This document shows positions 32,399 through 41,886 of a stretch of DNA of 64,000 nucleotides, one piece after another. Made by a program: the position numbers and the translations under genes. This DNA is from Myxococcota bacterium (GTDB taxonomy: Bacteria; Myxococcota_A; UBA796; UBA2385): positions 165,300 through 229,299 of the forward strand of contig JBIJDH010000012.1 in the NCBI GenBank assembly GCA_044344255.1, given 5' to 3'. Under the pieces are notes generated by a model. It made no database searches. It saw only the letters and a program-made list of their open reading frames with translations, and was not told the DNA's origin. Within the stretch, counting starts at the first letter, position 1. Each line of letters opens with the position of its first letter.

Positions 32399-33383
32399 GA
32401 CAGAGCATCACGATCGCCGGCACGAAGAGGCAACCGTCGATGCCGACCGCGTAGAGATCGCGGTGGAGGTCGACGTCGAAGATGAGGAGGTAGGCGATGG
32501 TCGCGGCCATCGACACCACCACCTCGGGGTGCGGGGCGACCGTCCCGCCCGACCAGCTCCATGCGAGCCCCGCCAGCACCAGCAAGTTGAGCAGCAACAG
32601 GCCGTGGCGGGTCCGCCGGACCCCCACAGTGCACGGGAGCGTGGGGACACCGCGAGAGGTGTCCTCGAGGACATCCCGGACGTCGAACATCTGCGCGTTG
32701 CTGAAGATAAAGCAGAACAAGAACGCACCGAGCAGCATGAATCGAATGTCGAAGGCCGCCCCCGCCCAGACGACCGGCAGCACGAGCACCCCCGCGACCA
32801 ACGCGAGGGTCACCACGAAGCCCTTGAAGCCGGGCACCTCCTTGACGGCGACCAGGCCCCAGCGGCCGCGCGTGCGCATCGGCACCAGCGGGATGCTGTA
32901 GAGGACTCCGACCGAGCCGTAGCCGACGAAGACGACCTGCGCCGATGCCGGCGCCATCGCGGCCAGCACGGCCGCCACCGCTCCTGACACCAGCACGAGT
33001 GCCTGTGCGAAGGAGCCCCGATGCCAAGCGAGCTCTCGCCTCCTCGCCTCACCCTGGGGCGTGGGCGCTCCCACTTCCCCTGCCCCCTCCCGGCGGGCGT
33101 CGAGGAGGTGGTCCAGGTTGTAGATCAGCAGGGCGCTGAAGAAGACGAGCGCGGGCGGGTGCCAGCGGTCGGGCAGCCCCAGCATGTGCTGGACAAAGGC
33201 CACGAGGGACATCAACCCGGCAGCGGTCCAGAGGCTCGTCCGCAGGAAGATCGCATGGAACACGCCATGGAGCGCTACGGTCCAACGCGAGCCACTCCAG
33301 CCTACGCCCTCGACACCGAGCTCCTCGAGCGGCCGGAGGGTGAGGGAGGGACCTGCATGCCCGGGTTGTTCCAATTCAAACAT
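32385..33383 (-). CDS. UbiA-superfamily intramembrane prenyltransferase
   Basis: Asp-rich motifs YNLDHLLD and FDVRDVLEDTSRGVPTLP, LYS.P, multiple TMs. Start uncertain (33455 possible). Confidence 0.85.
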   Translation of the reverse strand: MFELEQPGHAGPSLTLRPLEELGVEGVGWSGSRWTVALHGVFHAIFLRTSLWTAAGLMSLVAFVQHMLGLPDRWHPPALVFFSALLIYNLDHLLDARREGAGEVGAPTPQGEARRRELAWHRGSFAQALVLVSGAVAAVLAAMAPASAQVVFVGYGSVGVLYSIPLVPMRTRGRWGLVAVKEVPGFKGFVVTLALVAGVLVLPVVWAGAAFDIRFMLLGAFLFCFIFSNAQMFDVRDVLEDTSRGVPTLPCTVGVRRTRHGLLLLNLLVLAGLAWSWSGGTVAPHPEVVVSMAATIAYLLIFDVDLHRDLYAVGIDGCLFVPAIVMLCHVGP

Positions 33384-33654
33384 CCTTCGGATGGAGGCCT
33401 TCGAAGCGATGAGCGGGCTCGGCGGAGCGTGCCGGATCGCGCCCACCCCCTCCACGGATCGGCCCCCTCCGGGCCGGACCGACGAGAAACTATTTTGGTG
33501 TAATCATAGAAATTTTCCACCACCGCTCACCCGACCGGCGGGAACTTCCGTTCGAGCTAAGCGCAGTTCTCTATCATACCTGCGTCGCCACCCAGGTGGA
33601 GGCTCCCGACGAAGGCCTTGACCCGAGGCGAGTCCTCATCCTACGCTCCACGGC

Positions 33655-34296
33655 GTGTACGACGACGTTGCCACGCAGGCCCTCATCCTCGCGACCGGGA
33701 TCCTCTGGAGCATCACGTACCTTCTGATCATCCGAAGGGGTCACCTGGATCGATCGCCCGGGATGCCCTTCGTCGCGCTCTGCGCGAACTGTTCGTGGGA
33801 GCTGATCTTCGGCTGGGTGTACCCGGACGCGCCGCCGATGGTCTGGGTGAACCGGGTCTGGTTCATGCTCGACCTGGCGATCCTGTACCAGTATCTGCGA
33901 TTCGGGAGGCGGGAGGTCCCGAGCGCGCTGCCGCCGTGGCTCTTCCTGCCGTCCGTGGCCGTCACGGCGGCCTTGACCTACTGGGTCGTCGAGGGCGCGG
34001 TCATCGAGTTCTCGGACTGGGACGGGCGCTACACCGCCTGGGCCGGCAACCTGCTCATGTCGGGGCAGTACATCTCCATGCTGGTGCGTCGAGACAGCCT
34101 CGCCGGGCAGTCGCTCCCCATCGCGCTCACGAAGATGTCCGGGACGATCTGCGCCGACATCGCCCAGAGCCGGGTGACCGAGCCCACCCAGCTCATGATG
34201 GCCCTCTACCTCTCCACCTTCCTCCTCGACAGCGTCTACGTCGTCATGTTGGTGCGAAAGGCAAGGCAGCTCGGCATCAGCCCATGGCGCGCCTGA
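33655..34296 (+). CDS. Transmembrane terpene cyclase (PaxB/Pyr4/XiaE-like)
   Basis: WSITYLLIIRRG..GMPFVALCANCSWE, W..LD, GQSL.IA..K..GT; about 7 TMs in 213 aa. Confidence 0.75.
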   Translation: MYDDVATQALILATGILWSITYLLIIRRGHLDRSPGMPFVALCANCSWELIFGWVYPDAPPMVWVNRVWFMLDLAILYQYLRFGRREVPSALPPWLFLPSVAVTAALTYWVVEGAVIEFSDWDGRYTAWAGNLLMSGQYISMLVRRDSLAGQSLPIALTKMSGTICADIAQSRVTEPTQLMMALYLSTFLLDSVYVVMLVRKARQLGISPWRA

Positions 34297-34356
34297 GTCG
34301 CAAGGCGCACCTGAGGCGCGAGGCGCATGATAGGATGCCCGCTCCTGGAGTGTCCA

Positions 34357-36681
34357 ATGGCCACCGCGCTGAGCACGCCCGACAACAAGCACGGCACCAC
34401 CCACGAAGACGGCACGGCTGACAGCTCCCGTGGGACTGCGGCGGCCGGCGGCTCCGGCGGAGGGGGCGGCAGCGCCGCGATGGACACCTCCTCCGCCGAG
34501 GACGCCGCCGCGGAGGCAGCCGAGAGCGACGAGGCCACCTCGGTGTCGGCGGCCTTGAATGTCCGCTCGGACGGGAGCCTCTCGGCGAGCCTGGGCGTGG
34601 ACGACACCCAGCTCTCCTTCTCGCTCAACCCGGACGGCAGCTTCACGGCCGGCCTCTTCGGGGACGGCTTCGGCGGGAGCGTCACCCAGAACTCCAACGG
34701 GCGCCTCAGCGGCTACGCCGGCGCCAGCATCGACGGCACCCGCTACGTCGCCAAGGGGTCGAGCGAGGGCACGGGCTCGCTCTCTGCCTTCGGCAGTGGC
34801 TTCTCGGGCACGGCGAGCCGACAGGCGGACGGCGACTACCGGGTGGCGGCGAGCGGCGCGGCCAGCGACTCCAACCCGCGCGGCTCGATGGTGCTGGACA
34901 CCGGCAGCGGCTGGGACGCCGCCGGGGCCAGCGGGGGGGTCCGAGGCACGGCGCAGGGTGGGGCGGGCGCAGGCGACGGCTCCGGCTCCTCGGCGGGGGG
35001 GCCTTTCAGCGGGGGCGTCACCGGCACCGTCACGTCCACGGGGTCGGGCGGCTCCACGAGCGGCGCCACGAGCGGCGGCGGGAGCGGCGCCACGAGCGCG
35101 ACCGGCAGCGGCGGCATGAGCGGCTCGGGCGGGTCCAGCGGCTCGGGCGGGTCCAGCGGCTCGGGCGGGTCCAGCGGCTCGGGCGGGTCCGGTGGCAGTA
35201 GCCACGGTCGGCCTCCGCCTTCCACGGGTTCGGGTTCGGGCGGAGCGACCGGCGGCGGCGCAGGGAGCGGGGCCCCCTCGGGCAGCGGGGGCACCAGCGG
35301 CGGTCCGAGCGGCCCCACCGGCGCCGGATCGAGCGCGTCGAGCGGCAGCGGCACGGGCAGCAGCAGCGCCACGGGCACCGGCGGCACCAGCGGCGGTCCG
35401 AGCGGTCCCACCGGCGCCGGATCGAGCGCGTCGAGCGGCGGCGGAGCCACGGGCAGCGGCGGCGCCACGGGCAGCGGCGGCGCCACGGGCAGCGGCGGCG
35501 CCACCGGCAGCGGCGGCGCCACCGGCAGCGGCGGCGCCACCGGCAGCGGCGGCGCCACCGGCAGCGGCGGCGCGCACAGTCGGCCAAGCTCCACGAGCAG
35601 CGGCGGCGCACCCAGCGCCGGGAGCGGGGGAGGCTCCAGCTCGAGCGGGGGTTCCAGCGGGGGCACCGGCGGTGGGTCCTCGACCGGCAGCAGCACAAGC
35701 GGCGGATCTTCGACCGGCGGGGGCAGCTCGTCTGGGAGCAGCGGCGGCCCGACCGGACCATCGAGCGGCGGCTCCCGCCCCACAGGTGGCGGTACGACCG
35801 GTGGCTCCACCGGCGGCGGCTCCACCGGCGGCACCACCACCGGCGGCGGCTCCACCGGCGGCGGCTCCACCGGCGGCGGCTCGACTGGCGCGACGACCAG
35901 CAGCGGCGGCGCTGCGCCGACCGGGAGCACGGCGCCCGGCGCTCGCTCGAGCGGGAGCGCACACGGCGGCGGCGCAGGCCCAACCTCCTCCGGCGGCTCG
36001 ACCGGCGCTTCCTCCGGAGCTTCTTCGGGGGGTGGCGCGAGCGCCAGCTCCGGCTCCAGCGGTGGACCGACCGGGAGCTCCTCCGGGGGCCTCGGCGGTG
36101 GCTCCAGCAGCGCCGGCGCTGGCTCGACCTCGTCGGGCGCGACGTCTTCGTCGAGCGGCTCTTCGTCGAGCGGCGGAGCCTCGACCGGCCCCACGTCGAG
36201 CGGCTCCTCGTCGTCGGGCTCCTCCGGGGGCTCCTCGGGAGGCGGCTCCTCGGGAGGCGGCTCCTCGGGAGGCGGCTCCTCGTCGTCGAGCTCGTCGGGA
36301 GGCGGCTCTTCCAGCGGGTCCTTCAGCGGCGGGTCTTCGTCGGGCGGCGGATCGGCCCCGGGCGCGGGGTCCAGCGCCGCCCCGTCGGGCGTCCACCTCT
36401 CCGGCCTCGGGGCATCCGGGACCGGGCGGCCCGGGGAGCATCACCTCGGAGATCAAGGCGCCGCGCCGGTGAGCGCCAGCTCCACCGGCGGCACGACGCC
36501 GTCTGCCACGGACTTCCATCCGGGAGGCGGCAGTCGAGCGGCGCACAGCGCGAGCGGGCCCTTCGATCCGCTCCACCCCACGCTGAACATCGGGGAGGGC
36601 GCGGCGCACCCCCGCCCGGGGGTCTCGCTTCAGACGCCCACCCCCAACCTCGACAAGCTCCGCGAGAAGAGCGAGGAATAG
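34357..36681 (+). CDS. Gly/Ser/Thr-rich repetitive protein
   Basis: GGAG RBS; GC-ending codons; GSGGAT x~7, GSGGSS and GGSTG repeats; no signal peptide. Confidence 0.7.
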   Translation: MATALSTPDNKHGTTHEDGTADSSRGTAAAGGSGGGGGSAAMDTSSAEDAAAEAAESDEATSVSAALNVRSDGSLSASLGVDDTQLSFSLNPDGSFTAGLFGDGFGGSVTQNSNGRLSGYAGASIDGTRYVAKGSSEGTGSLSAFGSGFSGTASRQADGDYRVAASGAASDSNPRGSMVLDTGSGWDAAGASGGVRGTAQGGAGAGDGSGSSAGGPFSGGVTGTVTSTGSGGSTSGATSGGGSGATSATGSGGMSGSGGSSGSGGSSGSGGSSGSGGSGGSSHGRPPPSTGSGSGGATGGGAGSGAPSGSGGTSGGPSGPTGAGSSASSGSGTGSSSATGTGGTSGGPSGPTGAGSSASSGGGATGSGGATGSGGATGSGGATGSGGATGSGGATGSGGATGSGGAHSRPSSTSSGGAPSAGSGGGSSSSGGSSGGTGGGSSTGSSTSGGSSTGGGSSSGSSGGPTGPSSGGSRPTGGGTTGGSTGGGSTGGTTTGGGSTGGGSTGGGSTGATTSSGGAAPTGSTAPGARSSGSAHGGGAGPTSSGGSTGASSGASSGGGASASSGSSGGPTGSSSGGLGGGSSSAGAGSTSSGATSSSSGSSSSGGASTGPTSSGSSSSGSSGGSSGGGSSGGGSSGGGSSSSSSSGGGSSSGSFSGGSSSGGGSAPGAGSSAAPSGVHLSGLGASGTGRPGEHHLGDQGAAPVSASSTGGTTPSATDFHPGGGSRAAHSASGPFDPLHPTLNIGEGAAHPRPGVSLQTPTPNLDKLREKSEE

Positions 36682-36717
36682 GCCTCGTCTCGATACAAGT
36701 TCGCTGACCTCCCCGGA

Positions 36718-38196
36718 ATGTCCATGACCCTCGCGCCGCCCTCCGCGCTCGCCCACTCCCAAGCGACCCTTGAGGCAGGCGAGCGCCCCTCCGAGCTCGA
36801 CGCCCTCAACACCGCCTACGCCGCGCTCCGATCCGCTTGGGACACCGACGGAGAGCTGCCCTACGCCAAGCGGATGGACGTCCTCGGGCGCTTGCTCAAG
36901 GCGATCCGGGCTCGAAAGGAGGAGATCGCAGACGCCCTCCACGCCGACTTCGGCGGCCGGAGCCGCCACGAGAGCATCCTCGCCGAGGTCTGGACCGTCG
37001 TGGAGGAGATCAAGCACACCCGCGAGCACCTCGCCGAGTGGATGGAGCCGCGGATCGCAGAGGTCGGCTGGCAGTTCCAGCCCGGCACGGGGAAGGTGCT
37101 CCCCCAGGCGAAGGGCGTCGTGGGGATCATGGCCCCCTGGAACTTCCCGGTGCAGCTCACGCTGTCCCCGCTTGTGCCGGCGATCGCCGCCGGGAATCGG
37201 GTGCTGATCAAGCCATCCGAGTTCACGCCGAACACGAACGCCGTGGTGGCCAAGATCCTGAACGACGCGGCGGACGCCTCCATCGTCCGTATGGTGGTGG
37301 GAGACGGCGCGCTGGCGGCTCACTTCAGCCGGCTCCCCCTCGACCACATCCTGTTCACGGGCTCCACTCGCGTGGGCTCGCTCGTGATGCAGGCCGCCGC
37401 TGAGCGCCTGACCCCGGTGACCTTGGAGCTCGGCGGGAAGTCGCCGCTCCTGGTGCACGAGAGCTTCTCCATCACCAAGGCGGCGGAGCGGTGCGCCGCC
37501 GGCAAGCTGCTCAACGCCGGGCAGATCTGCATCGCCCCGGACTACGCCCTGGTGCCGAAGGATCAAGTAGAGGCCTTCGCCACGGCCTTCCAGGCCACCG
37601 TCACCAAGGCCTACCCCAAGATCGTCGAGAATCCCGACTACACCAGCATCATCAACGAGCACCACCACCGACGCCTCACCCGGCTGGTGGAAGACGCCCG
37701 CGGCCGTGGCGCCAAGGTGATCGAGATCAACCCCGCCTCCGAGACGATCGGCGAAGGATCCCGCAGGTTCTTCCCCACCCTGCTCCTCGGTGTGACCGAC
37801 GAGATGGCGGTGATGCAGGAGGAGATCTTCGGCCCGGTCCTCCCGATCGTCGGCTACGACGACCTCCCCGCCGCGCTGCGCTACATCAACGCCCGACCGC
37901 GCCCGCTCGCCCTCTACTACTTCGACCGCAGCGGCAAGCGCTGCGACGAGGTCCTGAAGAAGACACGCTCCGGCGGCGTGACCTTGAACGACGTGCTGGT
38001 GCACCAGGCTCAGAATGAGCTCCCCTTCGGTGGGGTCGGTCCCTCCGGTCTCGGCGCCTACCACGGCTATGAGGGCTTCCGTACGCTCTCTCACTTCCGA
38101 AGCGTGTTCTCGCAGAGCCGGCTCGCGGGGACCGCCCTCCTCCTGCCTCCGTACGGGCGGCTCATGAACACCCTCCTCCGGCTGTGGGTCGGCTGA
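36718..38196 (+). CDS. Aldehyde dehydrogenase (coniferyl-aldehyde/ALDH3-like)
   Basis: PWNFP, FTGST, ELGGKSP, NAGQICIAPDY, EEIFGPVLP, PFGGVGPSG. Confidence 0.93.
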   Translation: MSMTLAPPSALAHSQATLEAGERPSELDALNTAYAALRSAWDTDGELPYAKRMDVLGRLLKAIRARKEEIADALHADFGGRSRHESILAEVWTVVEEIKHTREHLAEWMEPRIAEVGWQFQPGTGKVLPQAKGVVGIMAPWNFPVQLTLSPLVPAIAAGNRVLIKPSEFTPNTNAVVAKILNDAADASIVRMVVGDGALAAHFSRLPLDHILFTGSTRVGSLVMQAAAERLTPVTLELGGKSPLLVHESFSITKAAERCAAGKLLNAGQICIAPDYALVPKDQVEAFATAFQATVTKAYPKIVENPDYTSIINEHHHRRLTRLVEDARGRGAKVIEINPASETIGEGSRRFFPTLLLGVTDEMAVMQEEIFGPVLPIVGYDDLPAALRYINARPRPLALYYFDRSGKRCDEVLKKTRSGGVTLNDVLVHQAQNELPFGGVGPSGLGAYHGYEGFRTLSHFRSVFSQSRLAGTALLLPPYGRLMNTLLRLWVG

Positions 38197-38359
38197 CCAA
38201 CCCGGCGGGAGACCGGATCGTGCCTCCACGGAGGCTCGCTGAAGGTCCCCGCTGGCGGCAGGCCGGCGATTCGGAGTAGGATGGCAACGCGGCGGCAGAC
38301 GCTGTGTGAACCAGGGAAGCGCGACCCCAAGAAGATCGAGAAAATTTTCGAGGCGACCT

Positions 38360-38386
38360 TAATCGCGACCTCAGACCAGCCGATAG
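38360..38386 (+). promoter_or_regulatory. Sigma28 (FliA) promoter
   Basis: TAAT-N15-GCCGATAG versus consensus TAAA-N15-GCCGATAA, about 80 nt upstream of flagellin. Confidence 0.8.
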
Positions 38387-38468
38387 CGCGACAACGACAT
38401 TTACTCTCGGGATTCTTGCGGCGGCAGAGAATCCAGATCTTCAATCATCCATTCAGGAGGCTCCCTTC

Positions 38469-39302
38469 ATGGCTCTGACGGTACGCACCAACATCGCGGC
38501 CATCACATCGTCTGGCGCGCTGAACAAGACCACCAAGAAGTTGCAGAAGTCGCTGCTTCGGGTCTCCAGCGGACTGCGCATCAACAGCGCGGCAGATGAC
38601 GCGGCCGGTATGGGCGTCGCGAACGCCCTTGAGACCACCAGCATCAGCCTCCGTCAGGCCATGCGGAACACCAACGACGGTGTCTCCATCATCCAGACCG
38701 CCGAGACGGCCGCCGACGAGATCACCAACATCCTCCAGCGCGTCCGCGAGCTCGCCGTCCAGAGCGCCTCGGAGACCCTGAGCGATCAGGAGCGCTCCTA
38801 CATCGGTGACGAGTACGACGAGCTCCTGAGCGAGATCGACCGGATCGCGGCCTCCACCCAGTTCAACGGTGTGGATCTCACCAACTCCACCACCGATCTC
38901 GCGGTGCAGGTCGGCACGACCAGCTCGACGATGATCAGCCAGATCAGCATCCACCTCGGTGACCTCACGGCCAGCACCGGTCTCGGCCTCAACGCCGGCA
39001 CCGTCTCGCTGACCTCCTCCACCCAGGCGCGGCTGTCCCTCGACGTCATCGACACCGCCCTCACGTCGGTCAACTCGCTGCGCGCCTCCTTCGGTGCGGT
39101 CCAGAACCGCCTGGACAACACGCTCGCGAACGCTCAGACCTACTACGAGGCCCTGGCCTCGGCCGAGAGCCGGATCCGCGACCTCGACTTCGCCGACGAG
39201 ACGGCCGAGCTCTCCAAGCTGCAGATCCTCCAGCAGTCTGGTGTGGCCGCCCTCGCCCAGGCCAAGAACATCAACCAGTCCGTGATCAACCTCCTCCAGT
39301 GA
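38469..39302 (+). CDS. fliC: Flagellin (short, 277 aa)
   Basis: SSGLRINSAADDAAG, RNTNDGVSIIQTAE, RASFGAVQNRL, SRIRDLDFADE, QILQQSG; AGGAGG RBS. Confidence 0.97.
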   Translation: MALTVRTNIAAITSSGALNKTTKKLQKSLLRVSSGLRINSAADDAAGMGVANALETTSISLRQAMRNTNDGVSIIQTAETAADEITNILQRVRELAVQSASETLSDQERSYIGDEYDELLSEIDRIAASTQFNGVDLTNSTTDLAVQVGTTSSTMISQISIHLGDLTASTGLGLNAGTVSLTSSTQARLSLDVIDTALTSVNSLRASFGAVQNRLDNTLANAQTYYEALASAESRIRDLDFADETAELSKLQILQQSGVAALAQAKNINQSVINLLQ

Positions 39303-39355
39303 TCCCGGCGTCGGTGTGACCGCCGGCGGGGGCATCAGCCCTCCCGGCAGTCTCC

Positions 39356-39386
39356 AACAGGAGCCCTCGGGCTCCTGTTTTCTTTT
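39356..39386 (+). terminator. Rho-independent terminator after flagellin
   Basis: AACAGGAGCCC-TC-GGGCTCCTGTT followed by TTCTTTT. Confidence 0.85.
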
Positions 39387-39449
39387 GCCCCGCGCCCTCT
39401 CTTTTTGCCCCACGCCCCCTCTGCCGGGCTCCCCCGACCCTCCATGCGC

Positions 39450-40559
39450 TCAGGGCGAGAAGGTGAAGGGGTAGCTGATCGGGATCGGCTGCTTGTCGGC
39501 GGGGCGGGGGAAGGTCAGCCCGCGGATCTGCTCCTCCACGCAGCCCGCGACCTCCGGATCGGAGAGGGTGTTCACCGCCGTGTGGAGCTCAGCCGCCGAG
39601 CCGTCGGGCTGGATCGTGAAGTCGATCAGCAGCCGGCCCTGCAGCGTCGGGTCGTGCAGGAGGCGCAGCTCATAACAGCGGCGAAACGCGCGAGACTGGC
39701 CGAGCATCACCGCGCGGATGCGCTCTCGCTCCACCATCTCCGCGTTCGGCGGCGGCAGGCTGCGCAGGGCGAGGCCGACCGGGAGGGACAGATCGGCCAC
39801 CGCATCGCCCTCCGGGCCGCTCACCACGACCCGGACATCTCGGAAGCCGCTCGCCTCGAGGGTCAGCAGCACGGGCTCGAGCACAGAGAAGGGCACGTCG
39901 GCGCCGGTGATGAGCCGCACCTGCCCGGAGACGCCCGTGGTCGAGCCACCGAGGGCCTGGGTGGTCTGCCGCAGCCAGCCGGAGGCGGGCTCGAGGGCCC
40001 GCTTCAAGGCCGTGACCTGCCCACCCTCCAGATCGTCGACGCGCAGCGCTGGCAGGCCGCCGCGGAGCTCGACGGTGGCGGCGACCTTACCGTCCACCTC
40101 GACCCTCTCTCGGCTGACCCGCACCTCCTTCGGCTCCAGGGCCTCCACCAGCGAGCAGGCGTTCATGTCGCCGCCCAGGCAGGCCGCGGTGAGCAGCTGG
40201 ACGCCTCTCTCGGCGTCGTGTGGAGCCGGGCTGCGGCGATCGAGGAAGGACATCCCCGCCGCACCGCAGAGCTCAACGTGGCCCTCCGTGCAGCCCGCCT
40301 GCTGGAGCTCCACCACACGCCGTCGGGCCCGCTGGCCCTGGTTGGGCTCGAAGGCCGAGCCGAGGCGCATGCAGCCGAGGGGGTCGCCCATCTCGCAGCC
40401 CTGGCGGTAGAAGCTCAGCGCCTGGCGCCCCCGCACCGCCAACATCAGGCAGGAGGAGGAGTCGCCGTTTTGACAGAAGGAGCTGAGCTCGGCGACAGGG
40501 TCACGGGGATCGGCGTAGGCCGCCGGGAGGCTGAGCACCAGCCACAGCAGGGTCATCAT
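39450..40559 (-). CDS. Exported protein: Sel1-like Cys repeats, ExbD-like domain, AgmX/PglI (TonB-C-like) domain
   Basis: Signal peptide; ACLGGDMNAC-type repeats; GADVPFSVL..L...GF; FRRCYE..LQGRL..FTI..YPFTF. Confidence 0.65.
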   Translation of the reverse strand: MMTLLWLVLSLPAAYADPRDPVAELSSFCQNGDSSSCLMLAVRGRQALSFYRQGCEMGDPLGCMRLGSAFEPNQGQRARRRVVELQQAGCTEGHVELCGAAGMSFLDRRSPAPHDAERGVQLLTAACLGGDMNACSLVEALEPKEVRVSRERVEVDGKVAATVELRGGLPALRVDDLEGGQVTALKRALEPASGWLRQTTQALGGSTTGVSGQVRLITGADVPFSVLEPVLLTLEASGFRDVRVVVSGPEGDAVADLSLPVGLALRSLPPPNAEMVERERIRAVMLGQSRAFRRCYELRLLHDPTLQGRLLIDFTIQPDGSAAELHTAVNTLSDPEVAGCVEEQIRGLTFPRPADKQPIPISYPFTFSP

Positions 40560-41329
40560 GGAGCCCCCTCGACGAAGATGTCCTTGAAGACGGGCTGATC
40601 CCCCCCAGCGAGCCGACTCGCGGCCTCGCGGAGGGTGCTGGCCGGCACCTCGTCGGCTGCGAAGAGGGTGAGGCTCTCTACCGTCGGGCAGGCCTGACGC
40701 ACCTTGCCGAGGGTGGCGGCCATCGCGACCCACTCCTTGGCGGAGGGCTGCAAGCAGCCGTTCGGGCCGCCGCAGGTGAGGTCTGGAGGACAGGCCGGCC
40801 CGGCCCCGACGCCGCAGCTCCGCGCGGCGGGGTGGAGGAAGGCGTCCGCCCCCAGCACGGTGAGCCCCTCCCGCGCGACCCGCAAGCGAAGGGAGACCCC
40901 CGCGCAGCGCTGAGCGGTAGGATCTGCCGCCAGGGCGAGCTTCGCGGCGTCGCAGCCCGGAGCATGGCCGCGCCCACAGGCGCGCTGGTACGCGGCGCGG
41001 GCCTCGGTCGGGTTCGCCATCTGCGAGCCGCCTCGGCTGGCCTCGATGATCGCGTCGCAGGCAGAGAAGGCGCCGCGCGAGCAGGCCTGCTCCATCGCCG
41101 CTTCGTATCGTCGGCCGAGGGCGGTGCAGCTCGCAGCCTTGCCCTCCTCACACTCGCCGATGAGGACGAAGTCGGGAGGCCCCTCGTCGAGGGGGGGGGA
41201 GAGGAGCACCGTCTTGATGCCCACGGACGCGGCCTTGGGCGCGCAGCCGAGCGGCCCGCCGCCGAGGGTGACGATGCAGGTGGCCCAGAGCCCACCGAGG
41301 AGAAGGAGCCTGACGGTTCGGTACATCAT
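40556..41329 (-). CDS. Lipoprotein with Sel1-like Cys repeats and ExbD-like C-terminus
   Basis: PLGC lipobox-like; YQRACGRGHAPGC repeats; LTLFAADEVP..PVFKDI. Confidence 0.55.
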   Translation of the reverse strand: MMYRTVRLLLLGGLWATCIVTLGGGPLGCAPKAASVGIKTVLLSPPLDEGPPDFVLIGECEEGKAASCTALGRRYEAAMEQACSRGAFSACDAIIEASRGGSQMANPTEARAAYQRACGRGHAPGCDAAKLALAADPTAQRCAGVSLRLRVAREGLTVLGADAFLHPAARSCGVGAGPACPPDLTCGGPNGCLQPSAKEWVAMAATLGKVRQACPTVESLTLFAADEVPASTLREAASRLAGGDQPVFKDIFVEGAP

Positions 41330-41406
41330 CGGTCCCCAGAGCAGTGTATCCCCCTTCCCGTCCGGGAGCCCTGGAGCGTGGATAGACCCGTAAGAGGAGC
41401 GCTCTG

Positions 41407-41868
41407 ATGACCACCCCCTCCGCACGCCTGGCCCCCACCTCGACCTCGCTGATCTGCGCCCACACCCTCGTCCTCCTCGCAGCCTGCCACCTGGGCTCGA
41501 AGGGCGGCGACTCGGGGAGCGGCGGAGCGGACGGGGAGAGCTGCACGCCCGACAGCTACAGCCCCCTCGGCTTCGGTGACGTCGCCCTGGTCGGTGATCC
41601 CGACGATGATCCCAGCTCCCGGGCCACCGTCTCAGCGGAGATCATCTCGCAGCAGGGGGGCTGTACGGTCCCCGGCGATGCCTGGTCGATCTACTGTTAC
41701 GGGTGGGACGAAGAGGGGACCCAGGTGGACGGTGAGGACATCCCCCCCTTGGGCCGTGTCACCGTCGTGGGCGACCTCGGCCTCACCCTCGAGGCGCTCG
41801 GCGCGTCGCCGGTCTCGTGCGAGCTCGTCTGGCAGGACATGGTCTACAACACCTACACGCTCCAGTAG
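41407..41868 (+). CDS. Hypothetical lipoprotein
   Basis: LVLLAAC lipobox; GAGGAG RBS. Confidence 0.6.
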   Translation: MTTPSARLAPTSTSLICAHTLVLLAACHLGSKGGDSGSGGADGESCTPDSYSPLGFGDVALVGDPDDDPSSRATVSAEIISQQGGCTVPGDAWSIYCYGWDEEGTQVDGEDIPPLGRVTVVGDLGLTLEALGASPVSCELVWQDMVYNTYTLQ

Positions 41869-41886
41869 GCGCCGGACCGCGCGGCC

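Noticed and set aside
35100..35900. Repeat arrays as CRISPR
   Set aside because: In-frame coding repeats (multiples of 3) without unique spacers.
34836..36194. Pro-rich minus-strand ORF (PPLPVA repeats)
   Set aside because: Mirror of the Gly/Ser repeats; the plus frame has an RBS, unique terminal domains and matches neighbouring gene orientation.
33574..38229. 1551-aa minus-strand ORF
   Set aside because: Antisense shadow of the cyclase, Gly/Ser-rich and ALDH genes in high-GC DNA; no motifs of its own.
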